Part shown: in pieces, positions 1-8,255 of the stretch
Layout: every line of letters starts with the position of its first letter
Position numbering within the stretch: the stretch's first letter is position 1
Source of the DNA: a virus
Taxonomy: Duplodnaviria; Caudoviricetes
IMG/VR virus record: IMGVR_UViG_3300037511_000519
Coordinates: 1 to 24,275 of that record
Length of the DNA: 24,275 nt
Strand: one strand, 5' to 3'
The notes under the pieces: generated by a model
The model's database searches: none
Seen by the model: only the letters and a program-made list of their open reading frames with translations
Told to the model about the DNA's origin: nothing
Position numbers and translations under genes: made by a program

Positions 1-60
1 GTCCTCCGCCCCATCTGGATTCGCGTGCCGACCCCACCCCCCTCACCCTGTGTAACTGCG
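1..60 (-). other. Probable cos/packaging-initiation region near the genome end
   Basis: The - strand reads GGGTGAGGGGGGTGGGGTCGG just downstream of the HNH gene. A G-run after an HNH gene is typical upstream of cos in cohesive-end phages. The cut site itself is not identifiable. Confidence 0.45.
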
Positions 61-116
61 TCCAGGGCGAGGCACGGATCATCGAACATCACTCAGCGTA
101 GTCGACCAACGGAGCG

Positions 117-404
117 TCACCATGCTCGCCGCACTCGATCGCGGGAGCCGTCGTTGCGTGAGCTGTTGCACCCGTAGTGCATGGTCCGCAGGTTGCTCGG
201 GTCGTGGGCACGCGTGCGATCAACAGATAGCGGCACGATGTGGTCCACCGACAGGCTGAGCGGGTGCCGTGCCGGCCACGTGCCGTCGGGGTCGAGGGCG
301 TTGCCGCACCGCGGGCAGGTGGGGTTGTGCTGCACGTCCCATGCGATGCGGTCACGCCGCAGTCGCTCCCACGGCCGGCCCTTGCGCCCATGTGTCCTGG
401 CCAT
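117..404 (-). CDS. HNH endonuclease (terminase-associated type)
   Basis: CPRC...SVDHIVPLS...HDPSNLRTMHYGCNSSR HNH motif; small size; terminal position. ATG at 404 chosen over the ORF-track start at 422. Confidence 0.9.
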   Translation of the reverse strand: MARTHGRKGRPWERLRRDRIAWDVQHNPTCPRCGNALDPDGTWPARHPLSLSVDHIVPLSVDRTRAHDPSNLRTMHYGCNSSRNDGSRDRVRRAW

Positions 405-428
405 GGGCTCAACCCCAGACACGACGAA

Positions 429-448
429 GGCCCGCTCGATGGCGGGCC
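429..448 (-). terminator. Stem-loop in the leader of the HNH gene
   Basis: GGCCCGC-6nt-GCGGGCC, followed by TTCGT on the - strand. Confidence 0.4.
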
Positions 449-487
449 CTGGCTTTCCTGCGGATACAGAACCCCTCAGGTGGATGC

Positions 488-517
488 AGCATTACAGCCT
501 TGACGATCGGTGTCAAG
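488..517 (-). promoter_or_regulatory. Candidate late promoter with an inverted repeat
   Basis: CTTGAC-N7-GTCAAG (499-517) contains - strand TTGACA (516-511); the -10 match is weak (TAATGC/AATGCT). Confidence 0.4.
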
Positions 518-559
518 CACCGCGCTCGGACGCCTAACTGAAACGTGTCAAACGTGGGC

Positions 560-585
560 AAAGGAGAAGGCCCCTCTCGGGGGCC
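560..585 (-). terminator. Intrinsic terminator after the 592..816 gene
   Basis: GGCCCC/GGGGCC stem (569-585) followed by TTCTCCTTT on the - strand, 6 nt after the stop codon. Confidence 0.65.
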
Positions 586-591
586 CTGGTC

Positions 592-816
592 TCACTCCTC
601 GTCGCACCGGCACTGGTACTTCCGCTCGGCGATGTCGCCCTTGATCTCGTCCAGCACCCGCGGGTCGTGGGGGCCGGCGATCCGTCCCTGCTCCCACATG
701 ATCTCCATGGCCACCTCGTAGCAGTAGAGGCTGTGCCCGACGCTGCGGGCGGCCATCTCGTCCTCGTCGATCTGGTCGATGATCTCGGCCGCTGCGCTCA
801 TTTCCGTCTCCCTCAT
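592..816 (-). CDS. Small acidic hypothetical protein
   Basis: Strong GC3 bias; own promoter (TTGCAG-N18-TATGCT), RBS AAGGGG and terminator. Alternative ATG at 801. Confidence 0.75.
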   Translation of the reverse strand: MRETEMSAAAEIIDQIDEDEMAARSVGHSLYCYEVAMEIMWEQGRIAGPHDPRVLDEIKGDIAERKYQCRCDEE

Positions 817-838
817 CCGTTCCCCTTGTTGTGCCTTA

Positions 839-959
839 AGCATAGCACGGAGCCTTGCAGATCTGCAACCCATAAGCGCATGACACTGTGGCTATCTGCT
901 TCATATGACGCACGATATGCGCATTGCTAATCTGCAAGTGCTTCAGCTACAGTGGAAGC
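839..959. promoter_or_regulatory. Divergent promoters with palindromic operators
   Basis: Perfect palindrome TTGCAGATCTGCAA (855-868) and variant TTGCTAATCTGCAA (924-937) each overlap a -35. The -10 elements are TATGCT (-) and TACAGT (948-953, +), the latter 6 nt before ATG 960 (leaderless). Confidence 0.75.
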
Positions 960-1238
960 ATGAGCGAGAGAGACCCGAAGATCCCGGACTTGGTGTCCAA
1001 GGCCGAGGCAGCCGACATCCTGGGCGTCAGCCACCAGGCCGTTCAGCAGATGATCGACAAGGGGCGCCTCAGGGGCGCGAAGATCGGATCGACCTGGGTG
1101 TTCCGCCGCGCGGCGGTGAACGAGATGGTCAACACCGAGAAGCTGAACCGGATAGCGCACACGCATCAGCGCGACCAGTTCGTCAGCGATATTGCCGATG
1201 GCATTCAGGAGCTGGCCGACAAGCTCAAGGGCGCGTGA
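960..1238 (+). CDS. Excisionase-like (HTH_17/MerR-type) DNA-binding protein
   Basis: LVSKAEAADILGVSHQAVQQMIDKGRLRGAKIGSTWVFRR winged-HTH pattern. Confidence 0.85.
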   Translation: MSERDPKIPDLVSKAEAADILGVSHQAVQQMIDKGRLRGAKIGSTWVFRRAAVNEMVNTEKLNRIAHTHQRDQFVSDIADGIQELADKLKGA

Positions 1239-1254
1239 GAGCGCTCTCTCGCCG

Positions 1255-1629
1255 CTAGGCTGACCACTCCTCGCGCCATCCCGGCCGCCCCGCGTACGGC
1301 TGGGCGAGTTCATGCACGACCTGGACGTAGGCCTCGCCGAAGCCTCCGTAGTAGTTGCCCAGTGTCACCATGTCCAGCACCCGCCGCTTGGCCTCGACCT
1401 CGGCCAGCACGCGCGCCGGATCCCAGTTGGCGATATGCCACTGGTTGGCGCGTGTATCCGCCACCAGCCGGGCCTGTGCCTCGCCGCCGTGGAAGTAGTC
1501 GGCGTGGTACTCAAAGGTGATGCCCTTGTCCTCGGGGATCCAGCGCCCAGAGTCCGCCTCCCGCGCGACCCGCTCGTCCTCGTCCAGCTGTGCGCGCAGG
1601 AAGGCCAGCAGCTCATCCACGTCGCTCAC
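1255..1629 (-). CDS. DUF6221-like actinophage protein
   Basis: LLAFLRAQLDEDE...HIANWDPARVLAEVEAKRR...LAQPYAGRPGWREEW; GTGA overlap start. Confidence 0.8.
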   Translation of the reverse strand: MSDVDELLAFLRAQLDEDERVAREADSGRWIPEDKGITFEYHADYFHGGEAQARLVADTRANQWHIANWDPARVLAEVEAKRRVLDMVTLGNYYGGFGEAYVQVVHELAQPYAGRPGWREEWSA

Positions 1630-2015
1630 GCTCCCACCTGGTGGATCGGGTCGTCCTCGGGCTTGCCGCAGTGCCGTCCCCATGTCCCGACCTGGCACGG
1701 CGTGAAGTCCGGCATCTGGCCTTTCCGTTCCGTCCTGTAGCCGCCTGGCGCCTCGGGTTCCGGGATGGCCGCGTACGGCGTGAACACCCGCCGGATCATC
1801 TCGTCCGGCATCGCCTTGAACGCGTGCGGGTAGCCCTTCGCGAACTCGGCCGGCGTGGCGACGACCGGGTCGACGCCGAGCGCCTCGGCCAGGCCGCGCA
1901 ATGCCTCGACCTCCTCAGTGCCGAGGAAGCCACTGCCGAAGTCCATCGAGTGCACGAGCGCGTCGAAGACGATCTGCGCGCTCAGCTTCGGGATGGTGAT
2001 CAGCTCGTCGCTCAC
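1626..2015 (-). CDS. Hypothetical protein
   Basis: GTGA-coupled at both ends; GC3 bias. Confidence 0.75.
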   Translation of the reverse strand: MSDELITIPKLSAQIVFDALVHSMDFGSGFLGTEEVEALRGLAEALGVDPVVATPAEFAKGYPHAFKAMPDEMIRRVFTPYAAIPEPEAPGGYRTERKGQMPDFTPCQVGTWGRHCGKPEDDPIHQVGA

Positions 2016-2287
2016 CAGCGTCCCCTTCCGCGCCGCCGAGAGTACGCCGTGTGCATGCGCCGGATGCGCGGGTGCGTCTGGCCGAGCAGCATCCGGTACG
2101 CCTTCGGTGTGAGCCGGTCGCTACGGCCGCGCAGCGTGATCCGGATTGGCCGTGCCCAGCCGTCGAGGAAGTTCTCCTCTGTGACGCGCTGGAACCGCAT
2201 GCTGGTCAGGTTGCTAGACAGCTCCTGCGCTCCCTCTGTGGTCACCCAGTACACCCGGGTCTGCCCGTCGGCGATGACCTCGCTCAT
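2012..2287 (-). CDS. Hypothetical protein
   Basis: ATGA overlap with the upstream stop; MSEVIADGQTRVYW. Confidence 0.7.
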   Translation of the reverse strand: MSEVIADGQTRVYWVTTEGAQELSSNLTSMRFQRVTEENFLDGWARPIRITLRGRSDRLTPKAYRMLLGQTHPRIRRMHTAYSRRRGRGRW

Positions 2288-2544
2288 GTCGTCGCCTCGC
2301 TCTGGTGGCGCGGGTCCTCGGCCGGGTCGTCGCAGTACATGCACCCGGCGTCACGCGCCACATACGGGTGCTTGATCTTGATCGGGGCCCAGTTCTTGCG
2401 CTTGTCCTCCAGCTCCCGCGTCAGCTCGTCGACCTCCAGCCGAAGGGCGTAGGCCTTGTCCTGGGCCTCCGTGGCCCGGTCGCGGGCCTGCTGGGTCTCG
2501 CGCTCGGCCACCTTGGCTCGCTCTTTCCAGTAGCGCTTCTTCAT
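2284..2544 (-). CDS. Coiled-coil hypothetical protein with C-terminal CxxC
   Basis: ATGA coupling, GGAGG RBS, heptad-like N-terminal half, GCMYC. Confidence 0.75.
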   Translation of the reverse strand: MKKRYWKERAKVAERETQQARDRATEAQDKAYALRLEVDELTRELEDKRKNWAPIKIKHPYVARDAGCMYCDDPAEDPRHQSEATT

Positions 2545-2738
2545 GCCGCTTCGCCTCCCGAACCGTCGATGATCCCTCGCTCCACTTCAGCCGCCTGATT
2601 GCGCAGCCAATCGACAAGACACCGCGAGACGGCAGCCGGGCCTTCGCCCTCGAATACCGCGGTCTCCGTGATCGCATCGTTCTTGCCCTCCAGGGTGGCG
2701 TGCACCAGTACGTGCAGTCGCGCAACATCGGACGTCAT
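2541..2738 (-). CDS. Hypothetical protein (65 aa)
   Basis: ATGA overlap with AAGGAGG RBS; MTSDVARLHV. Confidence 0.7.
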   Translation of the reverse strand: MTSDVARLHVLVHATLEGKNDAITETAVFEGEGPAAVSRCLVDWLRNQAAEVERGIIDGSGGEAA

Positions 2739-3625
2739 GCTGCCGCCTCCTTCCGCCGGGCCCGTGCGGCCCGCGCTTCCTCGCGTCGTGCCGCATCCCC
2801 CGCGGCCAGGTCGAGCACCTCGCCGATCTTGTGCAGCGGCGCGCCCTCCGGGTCGTGGCCGTGGGCGGCGAGGTGGCCGCGGTTGTGCCAGGACCGGATG
2901 GTCTTGACGTTGATCTCGTATGCCTCGGCGATGTCCCTGGCCGTGAACAGCCAGTCGCGCCGTACCTCGTCGAGCCATGCTCTGCGCTCGTTCTGTTCGA
3001 CCTGGGCCCCGCACGTCCGGCAGGTCCCCTTGTCCCCGCCGGCCCGCCCGTAGACGTCCCCGTCGCAGGTGCGCATGATGCCGGACTCGTCAATCCAGCC
3101 CTCGGTCTCTGTGCGCTCGTAGTTCTCGACCACCAGCGCCCCGCACGGCCCGAGGTAGCGCTGTTCGCTCGGCCCGCGCACCAGCCCGCGCATCACCCGC
3201 ACGGCAGCGTCCACGTCGGCCAGGAACTCGTCGACCTCGGGCCGGTGCCGCATCCACTCCAGGTGCTCGGTTAACCACACAGCGGCGAATTCGAGCGGGT
3301 CGTCGGACATTGCGTACACCGAGTACGAGCCCGCCTGGGGAGTGCGAAGCCCGCGTTCCTCTGCGACGTGGCGCGTCCACGTCGTGAGCACGTTCGTAAC
3401 GCTGTCGCATTTAGCCGTAGCCGCGAGATCGAGTGGGAGCCTAGACCCTGGCTTACCCGCGCCTCCCGAACCGCTCAGATTGGCGCTGAGGCGGTAGGCC
3501 ACATCCCGGGCGGCGGGCAGCATGTCGAGCATCTCGGCCAGCTGGGCGGCGGCCCGGCCGGTCTCGGTGACGCAGACGTAGCCGTCGGGCGTCGGGCGTC
3601 CACAGCGCAGGCACTGGGCGGTCAT
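2735..3625 (-). CDS. Zn-binding protein with C-terminal HTH, putative late-gene regulator
   Basis: CLRC, GPC...C and CRTC cysteine clusters; FTARDIAEAYEINVKTIRSWHNRGHL HTH; position near the end of the early operon. The role is inferred. Confidence 0.7.
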   Translation of the reverse strand: MTAQCLRCGRPTPDGYVCVTETGRAAAQLAEMLDMLPAARDVAYRLSANLSGSGGAGKPGSRLPLDLAATAKCDSVTNVLTTWTRHVAEERGLRTPQAGSYSVYAMSDDPLEFAAVWLTEHLEWMRHRPEVDEFLADVDAAVRVMRGLVRGPSEQRYLGPCGALVVENYERTETEGWIDESGIMRTCDGDVYGRAGGDKGTCRTCGAQVEQNERRAWLDEVRRDWLFTARDIAEAYEINVKTIRSWHNRGHLAAHGHDPEGAPLHKIGEVLDLAAGDAARREEARAARARRKEAAA

Positions 3626-3804
3626 GCGTCCTCCCGCAACTCGATCTTGATCGGAATGCACTCGGCCGCGCCCTTGCGCGTGACACGAGGCGGCTTGTCG
3701 GGCCCCTGGTCGAAGCGCATATACCAACCGCATCGACGACAGTGCTCGGCGGCGGGGAACATGTCGCTCGCCTCGACCACGTGGCTCGGGTGCACCTCGC
3801 TCAC
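3622..3804 (-). CDS. Small hypothetical protein (HCxxC)
   Basis: Coupled at both ends; AAGGAGG RBS. Confidence 0.7.
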   Translation of the reverse strand: MSEVHPSHVVEASDMFPAAEHCRRCGWYMRFDQGPDKPPRVTRKGAAECIPIKIELREDA

Positions 3805-3920
3805 GCGTCCTCCTTGGTCCAGCTCGCGCGCCGCAGGTCGGCGGCGGTGGCTTCGTTGGCGAAGACGGCCCGGGCCTCAGCCTCGGTCGGGTAGGCGCTG
3901 ACGGGCGCTACGTGGATCAC
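3801..3920 (-). CDS. 39-aa hypothetical protein (not in the ORF track)
   Basis: Hand translation MIHVAPVSAYPTEAEARAVFANEATAADLRRASWTKEDA; GTGA overlaps at both ends. Confidence 0.6.
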   Translation of the reverse strand: MIHVAPVSAYPTEAEARAVFANEATAADLRRASWTKEDA

Positions 3921-3961
3921 GCGATATCCGCCCGAAGTCGAACGGGGTCTCGTAGGCTCAC
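3917..3961 (-). CDS. 14-aa coupling minigene
   Basis: MSLRDPVRLRADIA; GGAGG RBS and GTGA overlaps at both ends. Confidence 0.4.
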   Translation of the reverse strand: MSLRDPVRLRADIA

Positions 3962-4335
3962 GCGGTCCTCCTCCGGTCGGGTTCGAGGTCTCCGGCCGCT
4001 ACCGCGCGCTGCACGGCCCGGTCGACGGCGTTGCGGGTCATGCCGAGTCGCTCGGCGATCTGGCGCCGGGTGTAGCCCTCGGAGCGCAGCAGCTCGTAGT
4101 CGGCGATGAACTCGACGCGGCGGCGCTGGACGCGGCGGGTGGGGAACTGGTCTAGGGTGCCGGCTTTCCAGTGCTTCTCGTAGCAGCTGTCGCAGAGGCC
4201 GCGGGCGTTGACGGGCCGGTCGGGGTGGCAGGTGGTGGGGTTGCCGTGGACGAGGACGAGGCGGCGGCGGGGCTGGGTGAGGAGCCGGCGTGCGGCGGCC
4301 TCGAAGTCGGCGAGCTGGTCACGCAGGTCGGTCAC
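3958..4335 (-). CDS. Zn-finger/HTH DNA-binding protein
   Basis: CH...ARGLCDSCY and EGYTRRQIAERLGMTRNAVDRAVQR. Confidence 0.8.
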   Translation of the reverse strand: MTDLRDQLADFEAAARRLLTQPRRRLVLVHGNPTTCHPDRPVNARGLCDSCYEKHWKAGTLDQFPTRRVQRRRVEFIADYELLRSEGYTRRQIAERLGMTRNAVDRAVQRAVAAGDLEPDRRRTA

Positions 4336-4652
4336 GGCTGCTCGCCCTCGGTGACGCCCAACTCGACCTCCACTTGTCGTAGGGCCAGGAGCACGGCGGC
4401 GCGCAGGGCAACGAGCTTGGCGCCGTCGACTAGCGATCCACCCAACGCCCTGCCTTCAGGTCCGAGAAGAAGTCGTCGTACTTGGCTCAACGCCTCACTG
4501 GCACCGCGCAGATAGTCGACGTCCGGCGTGCGCGGGCTCAGCGCCTCGACGACCAGGGCCGCGTCCTCGGGCGTGAACATGACGCCGATGCACTTGCCGT
4601 CGCGGTAGATGAGGCGCGAGTCCGGGAGGGTGCCGACGCGGTAGGTGCTCAC
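4332..4652 (-). CDS. Hypothetical protein
   Basis: GTGA start overlapping the Gp37Gp68 stop; [16 protein letters not shown]. Confidence 0.7.
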   Translation of the reverse strand: MSTYRVGTLPDSRLIYRDGKCIGVMFTPEDAALVVEALSPRTPDVDYLRGASEALSQVRRLLLGPEGRALGGSLVDGAKLVALRAAVLLALRQVEVELGVTEGEQP

Positions 4653-5569
4653 GCGGTCACCGCCGGGTACTCGTCCCAGGTGCGGCCGTCCAGCTCGCGC
4701 CCAGCGGCCTTCTTGCCGATGCGCCATTGCACGCTGGGGTCGTAGACATCGGAGCCGTACTTGGCGTCCCACGCATGGAAGGCGTCGTCCGACATCTGGT
4801 CGCGGACGACGTGCTCGCCCCACTGCTTGAAGAAGAACGGGACGCCCGCCGAGACGCACCGGTCGCGCAGCATCCGCGCCCAGTCGGCATCCATCGGCCG
4901 GGCGTTGCGGCCGGACTCACCACCGACCACGACCCAGTCGATGCCGCCATCGACGAGCGTGTCCTTGTCGGTGCGGTTCAGGTCGACCGGCCCGAGCAGC
5001 GGTTCCATCGACAGCCAGCGCACGGCGGCCGGGGTGTCCAGCAGCGCGGGTATGCGGATGTCGGCCCATTTCTGGTCCTCGACGCTCACGCCGAGCCAAA
5101 CGTTCGGCACTGGCCACTGGTCGTACAAGGCCTGAGCGGTCACCTCGTTGACCGCCGCATCGAGGAGCCGAACGCCGTCGCCGCCGAGCAGCGAACGCAT
5201 CCGGCCGTGCCGCTTGGTGAGGAGCTGGAACGTGTGCTGCGGCGCGCGGGCCATCACGCCGAACACCTCGGCGATGAACCAGTCCGGCACCTCGTCGTGG
5301 AACAGGTCGCTCATCGAGTTGACGAAGATCCGGCGCGGCTTGGTCCACCGCAGCGGCAGGTCGAGCGCGTCGGGGTGCACGGTGAGCCCGAAGCCGGGGC
5401 CGGAGGTGCGCGGGTCGCCGTCGCGCTGGTAGCGCTTGGAGCCCATGGCCTTCAGGCGCGGGGCGAGGCTCATCGCGTAGCAGTGGTCGCAGCCGGGCGA
5501 TACGCGGTCGCAGCCGGTGGTGGGGTTCCAGGTGGCTTCGGTCCATTCGATGCGGCTCTTGTCGGCCAT
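4649..5569 (-). CDS. Phage Gp37Gp68 (DUF5131) radical-SAM-like protein
   Basis: [67 protein letters not shown]. Confidence 0.93.
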   Translation of the reverse strand: MADKSRIEWTEATWNPTTGCDRVSPGCDHCYAMSLAPRLKAMGSKRYQRDGDPRTSGPGFGLTVHPDALDLPLRWTKPRRIFVNSMSDLFHDEVPDWFIAEVFGVMARAPQHTFQLLTKRHGRMRSLLGGDGVRLLDAAVNEVTAQALYDQWPVPNVWLGVSVEDQKWADIRIPALLDTPAAVRWLSMEPLLGPVDLNRTDKDTLVDGGIDWVVVGGESGRNARPMDADWARMLRDRCVSAGVPFFFKQWGEHVVRDQMSDDAFHAWDAKYGSDVYDPSVQWRIGKKAAGRELDGRTWDEYPAVTA

Positions 5570-6354
5570 CAGGAGACCTCCTCGGTTTCGCCGGCGGCGA
5601 GCCGGGCTTGGTGTGCGGCTTTGCGGGCGGCGACGCGTGCGCTGGCCTCGGCGATCCGGTCGGCCACCTCGTCGCGGCAAGAACGCCACGGGCTCACGAC
5701 GCGGTAGGCGGCGGCACCGGGCTCGTTCGGGCTGTCGGGGAACAGGGCGATCACCGGGGCGGCCTCGGAGCCGTTCGCGCGCGAAGGGTGAGAGGTAGGT
5801 GAGACCTCCAAATTTCCCTCCTCTAATACAGTCCTCAAGCTCCTTTCCTCCTTGGGACCCCGGTGACCGGGGTGCGTTGTCCCACTAACCGGGGTGCGTT
5901 GACCCGCTGACCGGGGTGCATTCGTCCCACTAACCGGGGTGCATTCTTCGTCCACAGCGGCCTCTTTTGGTCCCCGCTGACCGGGGTGCGTTTCGTCGAA
6001 AAGGTCCCCGGTAATCGGGGTGCGATTGCGGCTGAGATTCAGGGCGTAGACGGCGGCGTGGCCGGGTCCCGCCGGGCGCAGTTGAGTGATCGCCCCGGCG
6101 TCCTTGAGGGCGCAGATCATCCGGTCGACGGCCTTGAAGGCGCGGCGGCGCTCGGCCACCTCAGCCGGATCGGTCGACTGCCGGTCGGCCACCTTACGGC
6201 CCATGCCGACGGCGAGCGCCTCGCGACCACGGTGGAAGGTGGGCGGGTCGTCGGCGTCCATCGCGGTCAGCGACATGAAGACCAGCAGGCGCAGCGGGCC
6301 GTCGGGCAGATCGCCCCAGTAGGCGTACGCCTTCTTGGCGTTCCCGGCGCCCAT
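5569..6354 (-). CDS. Putative replication initiator protein (lambda O-like organisation)
   Basis: N-terminal winged-helix-like segment ([13 protein letters not shown]...[10 protein letters not shown]...AVYAL) followed by a linker encoded by iterons; TGATG overlaps at both ends. Confidence 0.7.
   Translation of the reverse strand: MGAGNAKKAYAYWGDLPDGPLRLLVFMSLTAMDADDPPTFHRGREALAVGMGRKVADRQSTDPAEVAERRRAFKAVDRMICALKDAGAITQLRPAGPGHAAVYALNLSRNRTPITGDLFDETHPGQRGPKEAAVDEECTPVSGTNAPRSAGQRTPVSGTTHPGHRGPKEERSLRTVLEEGNLEVSPTSHPSRANGSEAAPVIALFPDSPNEPGAAAYRVVSPWRSCRDEVADRIAEASARVAARKAAHQARLAAGETEEVS
5859..6023. repeat. Six 17-bp iterons CCCRSTRAYCGGGGTGC, putative replication origin
   Basis: Copies start at 5859, 5881, 5903, 5926, 5973 and 6007; adjacent lower-GC pyrimidine-skewed tract at about 5805-5853. 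Confidence 0.85.
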
Positions 6355-6431
6355 CAACCACCCGCCGGGGTGGTGAGGAAATGCACGGCGTTGCGGGCGT
6401 GCGACAGAGGGTGCGGCCATGCGATAGTCAC
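6354..6431 (-). CDS. 25-aa leader peptide coupled to the replication gene
   Basis: AAGGAG RBS 7 nt before GTG 6431; TGA overlaps the rep ATG. The frame is open back to ATG 6599. Confidence 0.55.
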   Translation of the reverse strand: MTIAWPHPLSHARNAVHFLTTPAGG

Positions 6432-6437
6432 CGCAGG

Positions 6438-6504
6438 GCTCCTTTCCGGCTGGTACGGAATGGGGCTTAGGCCGGACAGCGGGTGTTGACGCACCCGTCC
6501 GGCC
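6438..6504 (-). promoter_or_regulatory. Two-hairpin RNA leader of the replication operon
   Basis: Stem 6470-6504 (8+5 bp, 3-nt bulge, loop CGTCAA) and stem 6438-6466 covering the RBS. Confidence 0.6.
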
Positions 6505-6525
6505 GCTCCATTCTCCCAGGCCAGT

Positions 6526-6541
6526 ACGCACATACGTTCGA
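6526..6541. promoter_or_regulatory. LexA (SOS) box-like site
   Basis: ACGCAC-ATAC-GTTCGA, 10/12 match to actinobacterial TCGAAC-N4-GTTCGA, upstream of a - strand GAGAAT -10 candidate. Confidence 0.5.
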
Positions 6542-6655
6542 AACGCGGCGCGACTCGCCGGGTGGCCTCTGTCGTTTGAATCACTGTTGCCCTCGTCATT
6601 TGCTAAACGTGATTAATTGCCGACTGGGAGCGCTGGAAATGGTCGGCCGGAATGG

Positions 6656-6850
6656 TCAGGCGGCCCCTTTCTCGTCATCGCCGGGGCGCCATCGGACGAC
6701 GGAATCGACGAACCAAGCGCCGCACGAGCAGTAGTGATCGGCGCCGAACCGACCGTCCGCGCGTTCGACGTGACCAGGCGCCTCAATGCACGAGCAGACC
6801 TCGCCGTCGAGCTTCCAGATCACGCCGGTTCGCGCGCCGCAGACCTTCAC
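6656..6850 (-). CDS. Small Cys/His-rich protein
   Basis: GTGA start; C, CSC, H, HYCSC. Confidence 0.7.
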   Translation of the reverse strand: MKVCGARTGVIWKLDGEVCSCIEAPGHVERADGRFGADHYCSCGAWFVDSVVRWRPGDDEKGAA

Positions 6851-7038
6851 CCCTCGCCCCTTTCGCCGGCGGCCAGTTGCCGACCGTCCTGGCCGGTCAC
6901 CTCGGGCACGGTGTGGTGCGGGTCGCCAGGCCGGCCGACGAGGCTGCAGCGGCACGCCTGGAGCCCGTTGTGGTCGGGCGGCACGGCGGGGTCGGGCGTG
7001 AAGATGCCGCCGCAGACGCGGTGCTGAGCGGGCTTCAC
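6847..7038 (-). CDS. Small hypothetical protein (CxC...HH)
   Basis: GTGA coupling at both ends; MKPAQHRVCGG. Confidence 0.7.
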   Translation of the reverse strand: MKPAQHRVCGGIFTPDPAVPPDHNGLQACRCSLVGRPGDPHHTVPEVTGQDGRQLAAGERGEG

Positions 7039-7700
7039 AGCTGGTCCTCGAGGTACTCGGCCGTGACCTGTTCCGGGTCGTACGCGGTGCAGCTGCACGA
7101 CTTCGGGAAGCGGCAGCAGCGCGGGTCGTACGCACCGCTCTCGCACTCGGGCCACGCCTCGACGCAGCCACGGATACGCGGGGTTCGCATCGAGGTGTCG
7201 ATCGGCTGAGCAGGCACGCGAGCTCCGACGTAGTAGTCCCTCTCGACGACGGCGAGCGCGGCGGTCAGCACGACCTTGATGTCGTCGAGGTCGACCTCGC
7301 CCGACTCCTGAGCGCTGACGGGCAGCGCGTCCCATTCCTCCACCTCCTTGCGCGCCGCCACCTCGCGGCAGCGCAGCGTCTTTCGGCACACGCCGCTCTT
7401 GGGCAGCCGGTTGTCGCACAGCGGGCACGAGCCCGGCGTGGCCGCCCGTTTCGACCACGGCCGCTGGCCGGTCTCCACGAGCGCCTTCGCCTTGCGGGCC
7501 CGCTCGGCCACCGGGTCGGCGACCAGGCCGAGCATCTGCAACAGGTCGGCGTTGCCGGTCCGCACGAGGTACCAGGTGGCCTTGACCCGGGCCTCGTCGC
7601 CCGGGCCGCCGCCGTCGCGGGTGAGCCCGTTCAGGTCGTCGCGCCTGCCGCCGCCAGCCGTGCGCGGCCTGTAGCCGGGCGACTGGCCGCGGGTGGTCAT
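7035..7700 (-). CDS. Hypothetical protein with two Cys clusters
   Basis: ATGA coupling; CPLC...C...C and C...C...CCRFPKSCSC. Confidence 0.75.
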   Translation of the reverse strand: MTTRGQSPGYRPRTAGGGRRDDLNGLTRDGGGPGDEARVKATWYLVRTGNADLLQMLGLVADPVAERARKAKALVETGQRPWSKRAATPGSCPLCDNRLPKSGVCRKTLRCREVAARKEVEEWDALPVSAQESGEVDLDDIKVVLTAALAVVERDYYVGARVPAQPIDTSMRTPRIRGCVEAWPECESGAYDPRCCRFPKSCSCTAYDPEQVTAEYLEDQL

Positions 7701-7813
7701 CGCGCCCACCAGAGGACGCCGAGGGCGAGCAGGATGGCGGCGGCGTAGGCGGCGACCAGCCAGTCGGGCACGACGGCCAGGGCGACGGCGACCGCGAGCA
7801 CGTCGTCAGCCAT
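7697..7813 (-). CDS. 38-aa membrane peptide
   Basis: MADDVLAVAVALAVVPDWLVAAYAAAILLALGVLWWAR; overlaps both neighbours. Confidence 0.65.
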   Translation of the reverse strand: MADDVLAVAVALAVVPDWLVAAYAAAILLALGVLWWAR

Positions 7814-8255
7814 GCTCACCCCACCGGCATCCCCAGCCGTCAGCCGCCAGCGGCGAACCGAACTGGTGCTCCTTGGTGCACAGCAGCCGCAGCTGGTCGC
7901 CGAGTTTGACGGTGGCGCAGCGACTGTCGTCACAGCGGACGATCAGCCCGGTGTCGTAGGTGATCACCACGTACTGCGAGGCGGCGAGGAACCGCGAGTC
8001 CACGGCCCGCACGGTGCCGGTCGCGGGCTGGAGGCGGTGGTAGTCGCCCCCGTAGGGATAGAAGGCGAACAGCGGCGCGATGATGAGCGCGAGGACTGCG
8101 ATTGCAGGCAGGCAGCCGAGAACCAGCGCGTCCTCGAAATCGTCCGCGAAACGTATGGCCGCAATGAGGAGGGCCAGGCTGACCATCAGACCGAGAGCAA
8201 TGGCGGGAATGCCCCACGAAACGCTGGGCAGCCAGTGTCCGTTGTGATCGATCAT
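7806..8255 (-). CDS. Membrane protein (2 TM plus Cys-containing beta domain)
   Basis: Two hydrophobic spans; TGATG overlap. Confidence 0.75.
   Translation of the reverse strand: MIDHNGHWLPSVSWGIPAIALGLMVSLALLIAAIRFADDFEDALVLGCLPAIAVLALIIAPLFAFYPYGGDYHRLQPATGTVRAVDSRFLAASQYVVITYDTGLIVRCDDSRCATVKLGDQLRLLCTKEHQFGSPLAADGWGCRWGEHG

Noticed and set aside
4727-5707. Long + strand ORFs such as 4727..5707, 11386..12198, 13141..14250, 21287..22282 and 22917..24266
   Set aside because: Antisense shadows of well-supported - strand genes in high-GC DNA
5859-6023. Repeat array as CRISPR
   Set aside because: Spacers are mostly 5-6 bp, the array lies inside a CDS, and there are no cas genes
6389-6403. The - strand CGCACGC-CCGCAACG resembles the tRNA-like insert CGCACGC-AA-CCGCAACG (19930-19946)
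   Set aside because: Same sense as the rep-leader mRNA, so it cannot be a direct antisense target; a gapped GC-rich match may be chance
6354-6599. Full 81-aa ORF upstream of rep
   Set aside because: No RBS at ATG 6599 and atypical codons over regulatory sequence; only the last 25 codons have a good RBS. A leaderless long form cannot be excluded.
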